From NCBI RefSeq assembly GCF_009914755.1, contig NC_060926.1: DNA of 64,000 nt. One strand, given 5' to 3'. This DNA is from the human T2T-CHM13v2.0 reference genome, Homo sapiens. How positions within the stretch are numbered: the first letter of the stretch is position 1; each line of letters starts with the position of its first letter. A program made the translations under genes and the position numbers. The notes under the pieces were generated by a model. The model did no database searches, was not told the DNA's origin, and saw only the letters and a program-made list of their open reading frames with translations. Below, in pieces: positions 1 to 13,480 of this stretch.

Positions 1-137
1 TGCAGCCTAGGAACTTGAGAAATGAGTTATGGACAGTTCAGGTGAGGTCTGCTGACTCCCTGGGAAACTACTGACATTTCCTTTGTGTCATACTCCAAAG
101 CCTGATACAAATGGTGGTGGCCATGTGGTCAGGAGTG

Positions 138-271
138 TTTTTTTTTTTTTGGTAGAGATGGGGGTCTCGCTATATTGCCCAGGCTGGCCTTGAACTCCTG
201 GCCTCAAGTGATCCTCCTGCCTTGGCCTCCCAAAGTGCTGGGAATACAGATGTAAACTGTCGTGCCCAGCC
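138..271 (-). mobile_element. Alu left monomer (FLAM/AluJ-type)
   Basis: T-tract then gtagagatgggggtctcgc...ctcccaaagtgctgg...gcccagcc, the reverse complement of an Alu left arm. Confidence 0.9.
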
Positions 272-272
272 T

Positions 273-465
273 CATTTCTTTTGGGTGCATACTCAGAAGA
301 GGGATTGCTAAATCATATGGTAATTCTATTTTTAAATTTTCAAGGAACCTTTATACTGTTGTCCATAATGGCTATACTAATTTACATTTCCACTAATACT
401 TCACTATGTATATGTTTGCCAAAATATCACGTTGTATGCCTTAAATATATGCAATTTTTACTTTA
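273..465. mobile_element. L1M 3' fragments, a minus piece joined to a plus piece
   Basis: gattgctaaatcatatggtaattctattttt (antisense L1) followed by cacgttgtatgccttaaatatatgcaatttt (sense L1MA 3' end). Confidence 0.6.
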
Positions 466-673
466 ACAAGTCAGCCCTCAGACTTTTATCTATTTTTAGT
501 TTGCCATAGTGCTGCATTCAGGAGCTTCTGTCCAAGACACAAAGCCTGGCTGGCCTGTCATTTCTTAATAATCCAGCAAGCTTCCAGGGTGAGTAGGCTG
601 CCTGGGCCCAGAATGGGTCCTTAGAGTCAGCTGATGCATAACTGTCTCTGTAACATCTATTTTAAGGGGCATC

Positions 674-997
674 CAGGCAGGGCGCGGTGGCTCACGCCTG
701 TTATCCCAGCACCCTGGGAGGCGGAGGCGGGTGGTCAGGAGTTTGAGACCAGCCTGGCCAATATGGTGAAACCCTGTCTGTACTAAAAATACAAAAATTA
801 GCTGGGAGTGCTGGCACATGCCTGTAATCCCAGTTCCTCAGGAGGCTGAGGCAGGAGAATCGCTTGAACTTGGGAGGCGGAGGTTGCAGTGAGCTGAAAT
901 CATGCCACTGCCCTGCAGCCTGGGCGACAGAGCGAGAATCAGTCTCAATAATTAATTAATTAATTAATTAATTAAATAAAAAAATAAAATAAAATAA
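674..997 (+). mobile_element. AluS with internal deletion and (AATT)n tail
   Basis: Alu consensus arms; gggcatc flanks both sides as a TSD. Confidence 0.9.
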
Positions 998-1520
998 AGG
1001 GCATCTGGGGGGGTGTATCCAAAATGATGAGAAAAACTATGGCATGTGGGGGCTGTTTCCAATCATCCATCCATTCACCCATGATCTAGATTTTCTTTCT
1101 TGTTTCTTCCTTGCAGACTGACTTCATCCTTCTGTCCATTCAATCATCCATCCATCCACTTACCCATCCATCTATCCAAAGGGGCACAAGGACACTTTTA
1201 GGGCTGATGGATGTGTTCACTGTCTTGACTGCTATGATGGTTTTATGGGTGTGTACATGTGTTAGAACTGGTAAAGTGGTATACTTTAAATGTGTGCATG
1301 TGAGTGTACCTTAATTATATTTCAATAAAGTTGGAAAAAAGGAAGGTAAATAACAGTAGGTCAAAACTGATAACACCCCACATTATCCATGGACAAGACA
1401 ATGGATAAGCTGTGGAATATCCATACAATGGAATACTGCTCAGCAGTAGAAAGGAACAAATTGCTCAAATATACGACAACATGGACCATCTCACACATGA
1501 ATGCTGATCAAAAGACGTCA

Positions 1521-1878
<358 letters not shown>

Positions 1879-2447
1879 CAGAGAAAACAGAGCTATGGTG
1901 TTTATGAGTATGTGCTCAGGTGGTAAAACTATAAAGAAAAACAAGAACACAATGATCATTAAGTCCTCCCTAGGGAAGGAGGAAGGGGTGGTCTCTGGGA
2001 GGGAAGATGATGGGGCTTCTGGGGAGCTGGCAGATTTCTTGACCTGGGTGGTTACGTGGATGTGTGCTTGATAATAAACCATTGAGCTGTACGTTTTGTT
2101 TTGTGTGCATTTCTGAATATATTTTACATTGTGTAATTTAAAATGGAGCAACATATATATACATGCTTGTATGGAAAGGTACAAAAAAGGAAAATTTTAA
2201 CAGTTTTTCTTTCCTCTGAGGAGAGAGGCTATGAACTAGTGGGGGCTTATATTCTTTTTCCTTATGCTTTTCATAAGTACATTAAAATGTCAAAAATACA
2301 TAAAATATTTCCTCGCACTGTTCGTAAGGAAAATCCACAAATTTTCATCATAAATGCATGGATGAGAAAGCAAAGAAGGGGTTCTCCAGCTGCAGGTACT
2401 GAAGCAAGGACTAGGGATCTAAGCAGAAGACAGAAGAGGCAATGGCT

Positions 2448-2803
2448 TGTGTGTCTACGTGAGAGAGAGAGTGTGTGTGTGTCTGTGTGAGAGTGTGTAT
2501 GTATGTCTATGTGAGTGTATGTGTCTGTGAGAGTGTGTCTCTATGTGAGTGAGAGTGTGTCTGTGCGAGAGTGTGTGTGTCTATGTGTGTGTTTATGCGA
2601 GTGTATCTATATGAGTGTATGTGTCTATGCGAGAGTGTATGTGAGAGTGTCTATGTGAGTGTGTGTATGTGAGAGTGTGTTTGAGTGCATGCATATGTGT
2701 GTGTGCCTATGTGTGTCTATATGAGTGTGTCTATGTGAGTGTGTGTGTTTGAACTCTGTGTGTATGTATAAGAGTTTGTGTGAGTGGGTGTGTGTGTGTG
2801 TGT
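2448..2803. repeat. Degenerate (GT/GA)n microsatellite
   Basis: Repeating gagtgtgt/ctatgtg units. Confidence 0.95.
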
Positions 2804-2849
2804 AGTGGAATGGGGGACAGGAAGATGAGGCAGAGAGGGCTTCAGAGAG

Positions 2850-3224
2850 GCTGGAAGCCTGAGAAAGATTTACCCCACCATCGCTGGCTTTGAAGGGATG
2901 GACAGGGCCATGAGCCTGGAGATACCAGCAGCCTTTAGAGCTGAGAATGACCCTCTGATAACAGCCAGCACGGAAAGGGGGATCTCAGTCCTGCAACCAC
3001 ACGGCACTGAGCTCTGCCAACAATGTGGCATGAACCTAGAAACAGATTATTCTCAGATCCTCCAGGTTAGAGCCCTGCCAGCCCACATCCTGACTTTGGC
3101 CTTGTGAGAACCAGTTGAGCACACCCAGTCTTCTGACCGCCAGAACTGTCAGATAATACACAGGTGTTATTTTAGCCCATTAAGTTTGTGGTAATTGCTG
3201 TGACAATAATAGAAAATTAATACA
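2850..3224 (+). mobile_element. MaLR LTR (MLT1-type)
   Basis: gccagcacggaaagggggatctcagtcctgcaaccac...taagtttgtggtaattgc...gaaaattaataca, a typical MLT1 3' end. Confidence 0.8.
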
Positions 3225-3530
3225 GTCAAGGGCAGTGGAAGTGATTTCTCAGCCTAAGGGAGTCCAGCTGGAAGGAAGGTAAAATGGAGGGTGAGAGAGT
3301 TGCCCGAGGCCTTTTTCTTTGTGTTGCTTTTCTCACTGATGTTTATATTTTGGGTGGCAAGCTGCTTCCGAGGAGTTGTTTTTGTTTTTCAATTTGATTA
3401 AAATGTTCATTTGTTTATATCATAAAGTTGGTAGTAAATTTTATATTTACATAGCAAATTAATATTTATAATATACAATGTCCCTGAACAGGCATAACAA
3501 ATGTTCTTGGAGTTGTTTTTTAAATTTAAA

Positions 3531-3657
3531 AACTTTTTTTGAGATGGGGTCTCACTATGTTGTTCAGGCTGATCTCAAACTCCAGGGTTTGAGTGATCGT
3601 CCCACTTCAGCCTCCCAAAGTGCTGGGATTACAGGCATGAGTTACCATGACTGGCTG
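3531..3657 (-). mobile_element. Alu monomer (FLAM) in the pseudogene 3'UTR region
   Basis: Reverse Alu left arm. Confidence 0.85.
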
Positions 3658-3761
3658 GAATTATTTTGTTTTTAAAATAAGATACATTTAATAAATAATC
3701 CATATCCCCAAAAGATACATTCTGAAGAGGTGTGAAAGTTAGAGGGGAAAGGCTTTCATCC

Positions 3762-3875
3762 TTTTTTTTTTTTTTTTTTTTTGAGACTGGGTCTCAGTAT
3801 GTTGCTCAGGCTGCTCTTAAACTCCGGGGCTTCCTGAGAAGCTGGGACTACAGGTGCGGGCCACTGCCTCAGGCT
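3762..3875 (-). mobile_element. Truncated Alu/FAM-like fragment
   Basis: T21 then gagactgggtctc...gctgggactacaggtg. Confidence 0.75.
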
Positions 3876-3979
3876 TCAGCTTGTTTTTTATATATCCCGA
3901 CTCATCATTCTTTTCCAATCATAAAATTATGATTCTTATTGTAGTTGTAAATTTTAATTCACTTTCACATGGCAACATA

Positions 3980-4469
3980 TTAACAGATTCCTATTGAGCA
4001 AATTTTCAAGATTATAAATTGTATGTGGAAGGAAGCAGCATTTCAAGCTGACAAATGGATCCACAGGTAATTCGATGTCTCCTAAATTAAGCTTGTGATG
4101 ATTAAACCAATAAACTAGCGATGAGAAAACTATTGACAAAGTACAACCAGGGAACTCATCTCAGTGCTGGAATCTGTACCTTAAGAAAAAGGATGATTAC
4201 GGGCCGGGCGCGGTGGCTCACGCCTGTAATCCCAGCACTTTGGGAGGCCAAGGCGGGAGGATCACGAGGTCAGGAGATCAAGACCTTCCTGGCTAACACG
4301 GTGAAACCCTGTCTCCACTAAAAATACAAAAAATTAGGTGGGCGTGGTGGCGGGCGCCTGTAGTCCCAGCTACTCGGGAGGCTGAGGCAGGAGAATGGCG
4401 TGAACCCGGGAGGTGGAGATTGCACCACTGCACTCCAGCCTGGGCGACAGAGCGAGACTCCGTCTCAAA

Positions 4470-4500
<31 letters not shown>

Positions 4501-5253
4501 GAAAGAAAAAGGATGATTACTTGAAGTGGTACAAATGACAACCAGGTACCAAGAAAACAGTGAGTTTGGGCAAGTGTAATTTTTTAGAACTCACAGTATA
4601 TCTAGAATGGGATGAAAGGGAAGAAGATATAGGATAGTCTCATTCATATAGAAAGTTATCCTAAAATCATGTAACAAAGAGGTTATAAAAACCATAAAAT
4701 CATCACGAAAAATGACAGCCACTAGCCCTGAATGCTGATGTAGAAAGGACATTGATGAGAATAAACCTTCTGTGCCTTCAGGCTTTGGCAGATAGCTGGG
4801 TCTCCCAAAATGTAAGCAAGGACTGAAACGTAAATTGAAATTACTGCAAAGAAATAAAAATAATTTTGACGCTTAAGGGAAGCTTGCTTTTTGAGAAATT
4901 CAGGCAATCATCTATACAAACTATCAGGAAAACTGGATAATGCAAAAAGGCTTTAAGTAAAGGACATCATTTGAGTAAATAGGCAGATGTGGTATTTAGT
5001 AAACCTAGTGCCTGAAAGTACAGAATTTCTGAAATAGGAGATGATGGAAATGTTTACCAAAAGTACGAGATTGATGGATGCTGGTGAAATGTAAAAATAT
5101 TCCATACAATTTCACAGGTGTATTTTCTTCTCATTCTTAGGGTGAGGCTATTTAATAATATTTTCCCAAGTGCAATCAGACAGTTAACATCTAGGGACTG
5201 CTTGTTTGCTGTGACTGGTGCTGAGAAGAGCAGTTCTCTAAATAAAGGGTCAT
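3980..5253 (-). pseudogene. GPR160P1: GPR160 pseudogene (decayed CDS; UTR-like homology extends to about 3380 and probably about 5600)
   Basis: Minus-strand translations match GPR160: MTLYLENCS (MTALSSENCS), [79 protein letters not shown]. It has frameshifts, stops and an AluY insertion. The symbol is from my recollection of this locus. Confidence 0.92.
4201..4502 (+). mobile_element. AluY inserted into the GPR160 pseudogene CDS
   Basis: AluY diagnostics (cacgaggtcaggagatc, ctggctaacacggtg, gaatggcgtgaacccggg); perfect 18-bp TSD aagaaaaaggatgattac at 4183-4200 and 4503-4520. Confidence 0.95.
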
Positions 5254-5686
5254 CATTTTTTAAATTTCAGAAAGTCTGGTGAAACACATACCAAAAAATC
5301 TGCTTCACTTTATTTCCCATCATCTGCTTTCTCCCATAGGTCTTTTTTGGCTGATTATCTCCCTATTTTATTTCTGTTTTACTGCCTTTAATTATCTCAT
5401 TTTGAGTCCCTGGCATTTTGTTTTGTTATATCAAAATGTCACGTGAATAGGCTCTGAGTCATTTGCGCAAGCTGGGGAGAAAGCGGAGAGGGATCTGCTC
5501 CCAGCTGGACATCCCTCTGAAGTCTCCTGCCCCCCGCTGACCCCCACCATCTCCCTGGCCACCCAGAATCATCACGGTCCGGGTCCTGGGTTGGCTGATG
5601 CTCAGCTCCCCTGCACTGGAAAACTCTTCCTAAAACTTTATTGAGAGAGAAAAAAGATGACTTGGAAAAAATAGAAAGTCATACTA

Positions 5687-6004
<318 letters not shown>

Positions 6005-7065
6005 CTATGATCATGGCTGAAAGAGTGGCTATAAAGAAGTGAATTTTTTCCATATTAGTTTTTAGTTATAACAAAATTAAAAGTGAAAATTAGAATCTGA
6101 TATACTATTGGTCAAAATAATTTATATTTAGCATTTAGTAGATATTTAATATTTAGTATATAAATATTATACCTTATATATACTTTTAGCATATAAAGTA
6201 TTATAGTAAATAAAATATTACCCAATGTACAATTTAAAAGTAAAGGAATATCAAAGGAAAATATCAAGAAAACTGCAGGATTAGATAATGTGGTGTTAAT
6301 AGAACACAAGATATTTGGGTCAATTAGACAGAATGGATAGGTCAGAATTTGATCCTATTACATATAATTGAATATACAATAAAAGAACCATTTCAGATCA
6401 ATGGAGAGGAGGGGAAAGTATACAATCAATACCTTTACACTAAGGGAATAGCATTTTGAAAAGAATACATCCCACCTCATACCTCCCTAAAATCAATTCC
6501 AGAGGATTGAAGTGTCACATTAAAAAAAGTCTAACTGTAAAAATTAGCAAAAAAAATATTTTCTAGGGAAAAAGAGGCAATCACAACTTTCTAAACTGAG
6601 AAAATATGTCATAAATATACATATTTGATTATAGAAAATGAAAACTTTCTATGCATAAGAACCTTATGGAAATTTAAAGGTCAATCAAGAAGTGACAAAA
6701 TATTTGTAGCAAATATATCAAAACATTAATGTATTTATTAGTAAAGAAGTCTTACAAATTGAAAAACATAGTAGAGTCCAGTAGATATTGGACAAGGGAC
6801 ATAAAAAGACAATTTCAAAATAAATGTAAATGTAAACAAATACCTGGGAAAATATTAATTTGTAGTCATTGAAATGGAAATAAAAGTAGGTGTTAGTTTC
6901 ACTCATTACATTTGCAAAATAAAGAGTGTGACAATATTCAGTGCTGGTGAGAGTGCAGGGAACTCTCATACAATGTTGGCAATGTTGTAAATGGGTACAA
7001 TCCTTTGGGGAAGTATTTGATATTGTTCATTGGGAGCCATAAAATTGTAACTTAAGAATCTTTTT

Positions 7066-7368
7066 TGTTCGGGCGTGGTGGCTCACACCTGTAATCCCAG
7101 CACTTTGGGAGGCTGAGGCGGGCGGATCACCTGAGGTCGGGAGTTCTAGACCAGCCTGACCAACATGGAGAAACCCCGTTTCTACTAAAAATACAAAATT
7201 AGCCAGGTATGGTGGCACATGCCTGTAATCCCAGCTACTCATGAGGCCAAGGCAGGAGAATAGCTTGAATACTGGAGGCGGAGGCTACGGTGAGCCAAGA
7301 TCATGCCATTGCACTCCAGCCTGGGCAACAAGAGGGAATCTCCCTCTCAAAAATAATAATAATAATAA
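7066..7368 (+). mobile_element. AluSp
   Basis: Diagnostic gaggtcgggag and ctgaccaacatggagaaacccc; (AAT)n tail. Confidence 0.9.
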
Positions 7369-8520
7369 TTTTTTGGATAATTTTTAAATTGAGGTATAAT
7401 TTACATCTAGCAAAATGCTTAAATCTTAAGTGTCCAGTTTGAAGAGTTTTGATAGATGCACACTCATGCAATTCACAAGCTAATTAAGATATAGAACACT
7501 TTCACTATCTAAAAAAAATACCCCTGTGCCAGCCCAATAACCCTCACATCCTCCTCCCACCTCCTACCATTTTTCTGATTTCTTTTGCCATAGATGAATT
7601 TTGCTGCTCAAGAACTTCATACAAATGGAATCATACAGAATGTAGTCTTTCGTGTCTGGCTTCTTTTTCCTTTTTTTTTTTTTTTTAAAGATTTATTCAT
7701 TTTATTGCTTGTATTAGTAGTTCATTCCTTTTTATTGCCAAGTAGTTATGTATAATATTGTATGGCTCTACCTTAATTTCTTCATCCATTGACCTGTTGA
7801 TGGACATTTGGGTTATGTCTAATTTTTGGCTGTTATGAAAAAGCTTCTGCAAACAATCTTTTATTTATTTATTTATTTATTCATTCATTCTTCCTTTTTT
7901 CATTTTCTTTGAACAACCTTTTAAAACAATTTTTTTCTATTGTGGTAAAATACATATAACATAAAACGTTTACCACAAAAAATGATAACGGAGGTGATAG
8001 ATATGTTAATTACCTTGATTTAATCATTCCAAGTGGTATACATATATCAAAACATCACATTGTACTCCATAAATATATAAAATTATGATTTGTCAATTAA
8101 AAATAATATTAATAAAAATAAATGACAAAATTAGCCATTTTAACCATTTTAAATGTACAATCCAGTGGCATTAATTATACTCACAAGATTGTGGAATCAT
8201 CTATTTGGAACTATCGATTTCCAAAACCATTCTCATCATCCCAAATGGAAAGTCTAACCAGTGGGCACTAAATCCTTCATTTCCCACTCCTTCCAGCCCT
8301 GGGTAACCTCTAATCTACTTTCTGTCCCTATGAATTTGTTTATTCTATAAATTTTATGTAAGTGGAATCATACAATGTTTATCCTTTTGTGTTTGGCTTA
8401 CTTCGCTTGGCATAATTATTTCAAGGTTCATTCATGTTGTAGTATGTATCAGAACTGTGTTCCCTTTTTAGGCTGAATCATATTCCATTGTATATGTAGA
8501 GCACATTTTGTTTATGCACT

Positions 8521-8831
<311 letters not shown>

Positions 8832-9267
8832 TGTTTATCCATTTATTTGTCAATGGACACCTGGGCTCTTTCCATCTTTTGGCTACTGTGAATAATGCTT
8901 CTATGAACATTGATGTACAAGTATCTGTTTCAATCTACTTTTATTTCTTTTGGGTGTCTACCTAGGAGTGGAATTGCTGGGTTACATGTCTGTGAACATT
9001 CTTGTATAAATCTGTGTATGTAGAGGTGTTTTCATTTAGTTTGGGTAAATACATAGAAGTGAAATTGTTGAGTCACAGGGCAGGTGTACGCTCAACTTTC
9101 TGAAAAACCGTCAATCCAATTTTCAGTTATTAGTGTTTTATATTCCCACCAACAATGCTTAAGAGTACCAGTTGCTCCACAGACACATCAGCATTTGGGT
9201 TTTCTGTCTTTTTAATTTTAGTCATGTTGATGCATCATCTCAGTATAGTTTTAATATAGAATTTCTT

Positions 9268-9643
<376 letters not shown>

Positions 9644-9975
9644 TCAAATATTTTGCCCATTTAAAAAATTGGATTGCTTTATTATTATTATTGCAGTAGC
9701 AGTTGATATAATAAGGAGTCCGTAAACAGACCCACAGTCAATTGATATTCAACCAACGTGCCAAAGCAATTCAATGGGAAAAGAAAAATCTTTTCAAGAA
9801 ATTGATATGAAGAAACAAAACCTCAACCCAGCTCACACTATACATTAATTTGAGATGAGTCATAGACCTAAATGTCAAAGTTAAAATTATAAAAGTTCTA
9901 GAAAAAAACATAGAGGTGATTTTTATGATAGCGTAAGTGAAGATTTCCTGAAGAAGATACAGCAGGCAATATTTC

Positions 9976-10062
9976 TTTTCTTTTCTTTTTTTTGAGACGG
10001 AGTCTCGCTCTGTCGCCAGGCTGGAGTGCAGTGGCGCGATCTCGGCTCACTGCAAGCTCCGC
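9976..10062 (-). mobile_element. 5'-truncated Alu (3' 70 nt plus tail)
   Basis: gagacggagtctcgctc...caagctccgc; 15-bp TSD ag(c/a)aggcaatatttc at 9961-9975 and 10063-10077. Confidence 0.9.
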
Positions 10063-10926
10063 AGAAGGCAATATTTCACAGAGGAATTCTTTGTGGGCCT
10101 GGGCCTGACTTGCAATGGGCCAGTTCCTGGGGTACCATGGGTGGGAATTGGGTAAAACTTACCCCAGGTTCTTATCACACGGGACCCCAGAGGCCTGGGT
10201 GGAGGCTTGTGACTAACTACATGAGCTTTGCCACGTACTCCTCAATACCTCTGACAAGGACTTACTGCAGTGTTTGGTCTCACCAAGTTTCCCACAATAA
10301 AGAGACATGAGTCACCTTTCAAGACCCTTTACCCCCAAGAATGTGGTCTTCACACATGAGACCAAGGTCTACAAGTGGTCAGGAGAGAGGGGGTCTGCTC
10401 AGATGGGGGAGTAGTGCCTGAGCTGGCCTCAAGAGGGTTAAGTGGCCCTGCACTGAAAACCTGGACACTGAGTTAGGGTAGGGCTGGGGGAAAACTTGGG
10501 CTTTGGAGTCGTAGGGTCTGGGTTCAAATCCACAGACCATTCCCTTCCTAGCTGTGTGTTGGTGGGTAATTCACTGGATCTTTCTGAGTCCTGGTTTCCT
10601 CATCTGAGGTAAAACGAGTTTGCCGGTTGGTCTGAGAGCTGTTCTAGGCATGGTGGGGAGACCCTGACAGGCAGAGGCAGCCCTGCTCTCAAGCAGTTGA
10701 TTTACAGCTGGGGAAACAAGACAGCCACAAATGCAATACCTCAAACTCAACTTCTCACCAGAAAGCTCCTTTTCCTAATTTTCACAGCCAGTCCCTCAGC
10801 CTCCTGGGCCCCAAATACTAGTAAAACCTTTGCCTCCTCTCTCTTCTTTCTTTCTTGTAATCATATAGGTACAAAGTCCTACCAATTCTTCCTGAAATAT
10901 GTTTCCTTATCAAAAAGTCCTGCAAA

Positions 10927-11639
<713 letters not shown>

Positions 11640-12129
11640 AAGTGTCAGTGAAGGTCCAGCAAAAGACTCCCTTCCTATTGCCCTTTGCAGCCAGGGTCAT
11701 CATGTGACACAGTTCAGATCAATGAGATGGAGGCTGAGGGTCCCTGGGAAAGATGTTTTTCCTATACAGGTACCACCTCTTTCAGCTTCACTCTTTCCAT
11801 TTTCCACGTGAACAGGCCTTGTAGCCTGGAGGAGCTACAGCTGCCTTTTTGAGATGCTGAGGCACCCTGTCTGAAGAAGGCCCTCACATCACTCAACTTG
11901 ACTACTGGGTGAGCCCTTGGAGAGGCTTCCCAGCCTCTGCTCTTCAAGCCGAAGTACCACAGGGGACACGAGTCCCAGAGTTACAGGACCCCAGCTATGG
12001 TTCATGTGTAAAGGGAACCATTAGGCAACCAGGGGAAATGATGAAGAAGATCTACATTTACAAATGTGGAAAGATGTTCGTGGTATATTGTTAAATTAAA
12101 AAGCTGTTTAAAAATAGTTTTTGGGTCAA

Positions 12130-12474
12130 GTGAGATGACTCACTTATACTTTTAGTATAAGTATGTCCCATGCAATATCTGGAACGTACTTGTACTAAGG
12201 GGTTTCTCCCTCCATCGGCACATCCCAGGCATCCTGGCAGCTGCTGGCCTCCAGCAACCCCACATTCTAGTTGTGTGGGAGTGGGTTGTGGCATGGACCC
12301 TGTGGGCTACCACTGCCCTGACCTGCTTCTTCACACACTGGTATTTGTATCTGTGGTAAACCCAGTGACACGGGGGAGATGACATACAAAAAGGGCAGGA
12401 CCTGAGAAAGATTAAGCTGCAGGCTCCCTGCCCATAAAACAGGGTGTGAAAGGCATCTCAGCGGCTGCCCCACC
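12130..12474 (+). promoter_or_regulatory. GNLY: GNLY proximal promoter / 5'UTR
   Basis: AP-1 TGACTCA 12136-12142, RUNX TGTGGT 12352-12357, T-box-like TCACAC 12331 and GGTGTGAAA 12443-12451, TATA-like CATAAAA 12433-12439, Kozak CCACCATGG. Confidence 0.75.
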
Positions 12475-12526
12475 ATGGCTACCTGGGCCCTCCTGCTCCT
12501 TGCAGCCATGCTCCTGGGCAACCCAG
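12475..12526 (+). CDS. GNLY: Granulysin exon 1 (signal peptide MATWALLLLAAMLLGNP)
   Basis: Strong Kozak ATG at 12475; donor CAG|gtaagg; 52 nt, phase 1. Confidence 0.98.
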
Positions 12527-12972
12527 GTAAGGCCTTCCCCTCGGGATCGATCCTGATGGCCCACCCAGCCTCGCACTCTCAGGCTGGCTGAACCTGGAGC
12601 TTGGACTCTGTGGGCACCCAGGTGCCCCTGCCTCCCCCCGGCCTTCTCCCCCGTCATGGAGGCCTGGCCCTCCCCTCAGAGCCAGGCTTAGTCCGGTGTG
12701 CTGCCCAGCCTGTCACTGGCCTGGCCAAGGAGGAGAGACAGGCCAGGGATTCTGGTCCTAACTCTACTGGCCACACTGTGTGGCCTGAGACCCCCCTTTC
12801 CCTCCCAAGCCCCTGCCTCCGCATCTGCGTGGTGAAGGCCATTGGCCCTCATCGGTGGATCTGCGTTTCCTCGGGCCTACACTGTCTAGGATTGTGCGGG
12901 GCTGGTGAGAGAACAAGATCTCTTCCGTGTTCAAGGCAGACTTCCTGCCCCCTGCACCCTGCTCTCTCCCAG

Positions 12973-13053
12973 GCCTTGAGGTCAGTGTGAGCCCCAAGGG
13001 CAAGAACACTTCTGGAAGGGAGAGTGGATTTGGCTGGGCCATCTGGATGGAAG
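12973..13053 (+). CDS. GNLY: Granulysin alternative cassette exon (81 nt, in frame); a longer form from acceptor 12810 would give the 519-type isoform starting MEG
   Basis: Pyrimidine tract ctctctcccag|, donor AAG|gtaaaa; encodes GLEVSVSPKGKNTSGRESGFGWAIWME; internal ATG at 13047. Confidence 0.8.
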
Positions 13054-13376
13054 GTAAAAAAAGAAAATCCCTTGAAAGGAGATTGAGGGAAGTTTCTAGA
13101 CAAACCGACCCCCAAATCTGTGTTGCTGGGGGAACAGAGGAGAAGAGAGAGTCTCGCCCTCCTGGCTTTCTAGAAGGAACGTGAGAACACGTGTTTGTGC
13201 TGAGAGTGGGTCAGAGCGGCTCCAGGGCAAAGCATGTGGACAGGTATCCTGGCCCCCTGCAAGGCCCAGCTCCTGTCCTAGGCCCTGGTCACCTCCTGGA
13301 CTCCCACCAGCCAGGAGAACGGGCTTTCCCTCTCCTTCCGCCTGCGGAGGGGAAGCTGAAGTCTGGTCTTCCTCAG

Positions 13377-13480
13377 GTCTGGTCTTCTCTCGTCTGAGCC
13401 CTGAGTACTACGACCTGGCAAGAGCCCACCTGCGTGATGAGGAGAAATCCTGCCCGTGCCTGGCCCAGGAGGGCCCCCAG
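13377..13480 (+). CDS. GNLY: Granulysin exon 2 (GLVFSRLSPEYYDLARAHLRDEEKSCPCLAQEGPQ)
   Basis: cctcag| and CAG|gtacgt; 104 nt. Confidence 0.98.

Noticed and set aside
4405-4425. Similar small right-arm deletion in the Alus at 4201 and 19346
   Set aside because: Different subfamilies; recurrent slippage between short GAG repeats explains it
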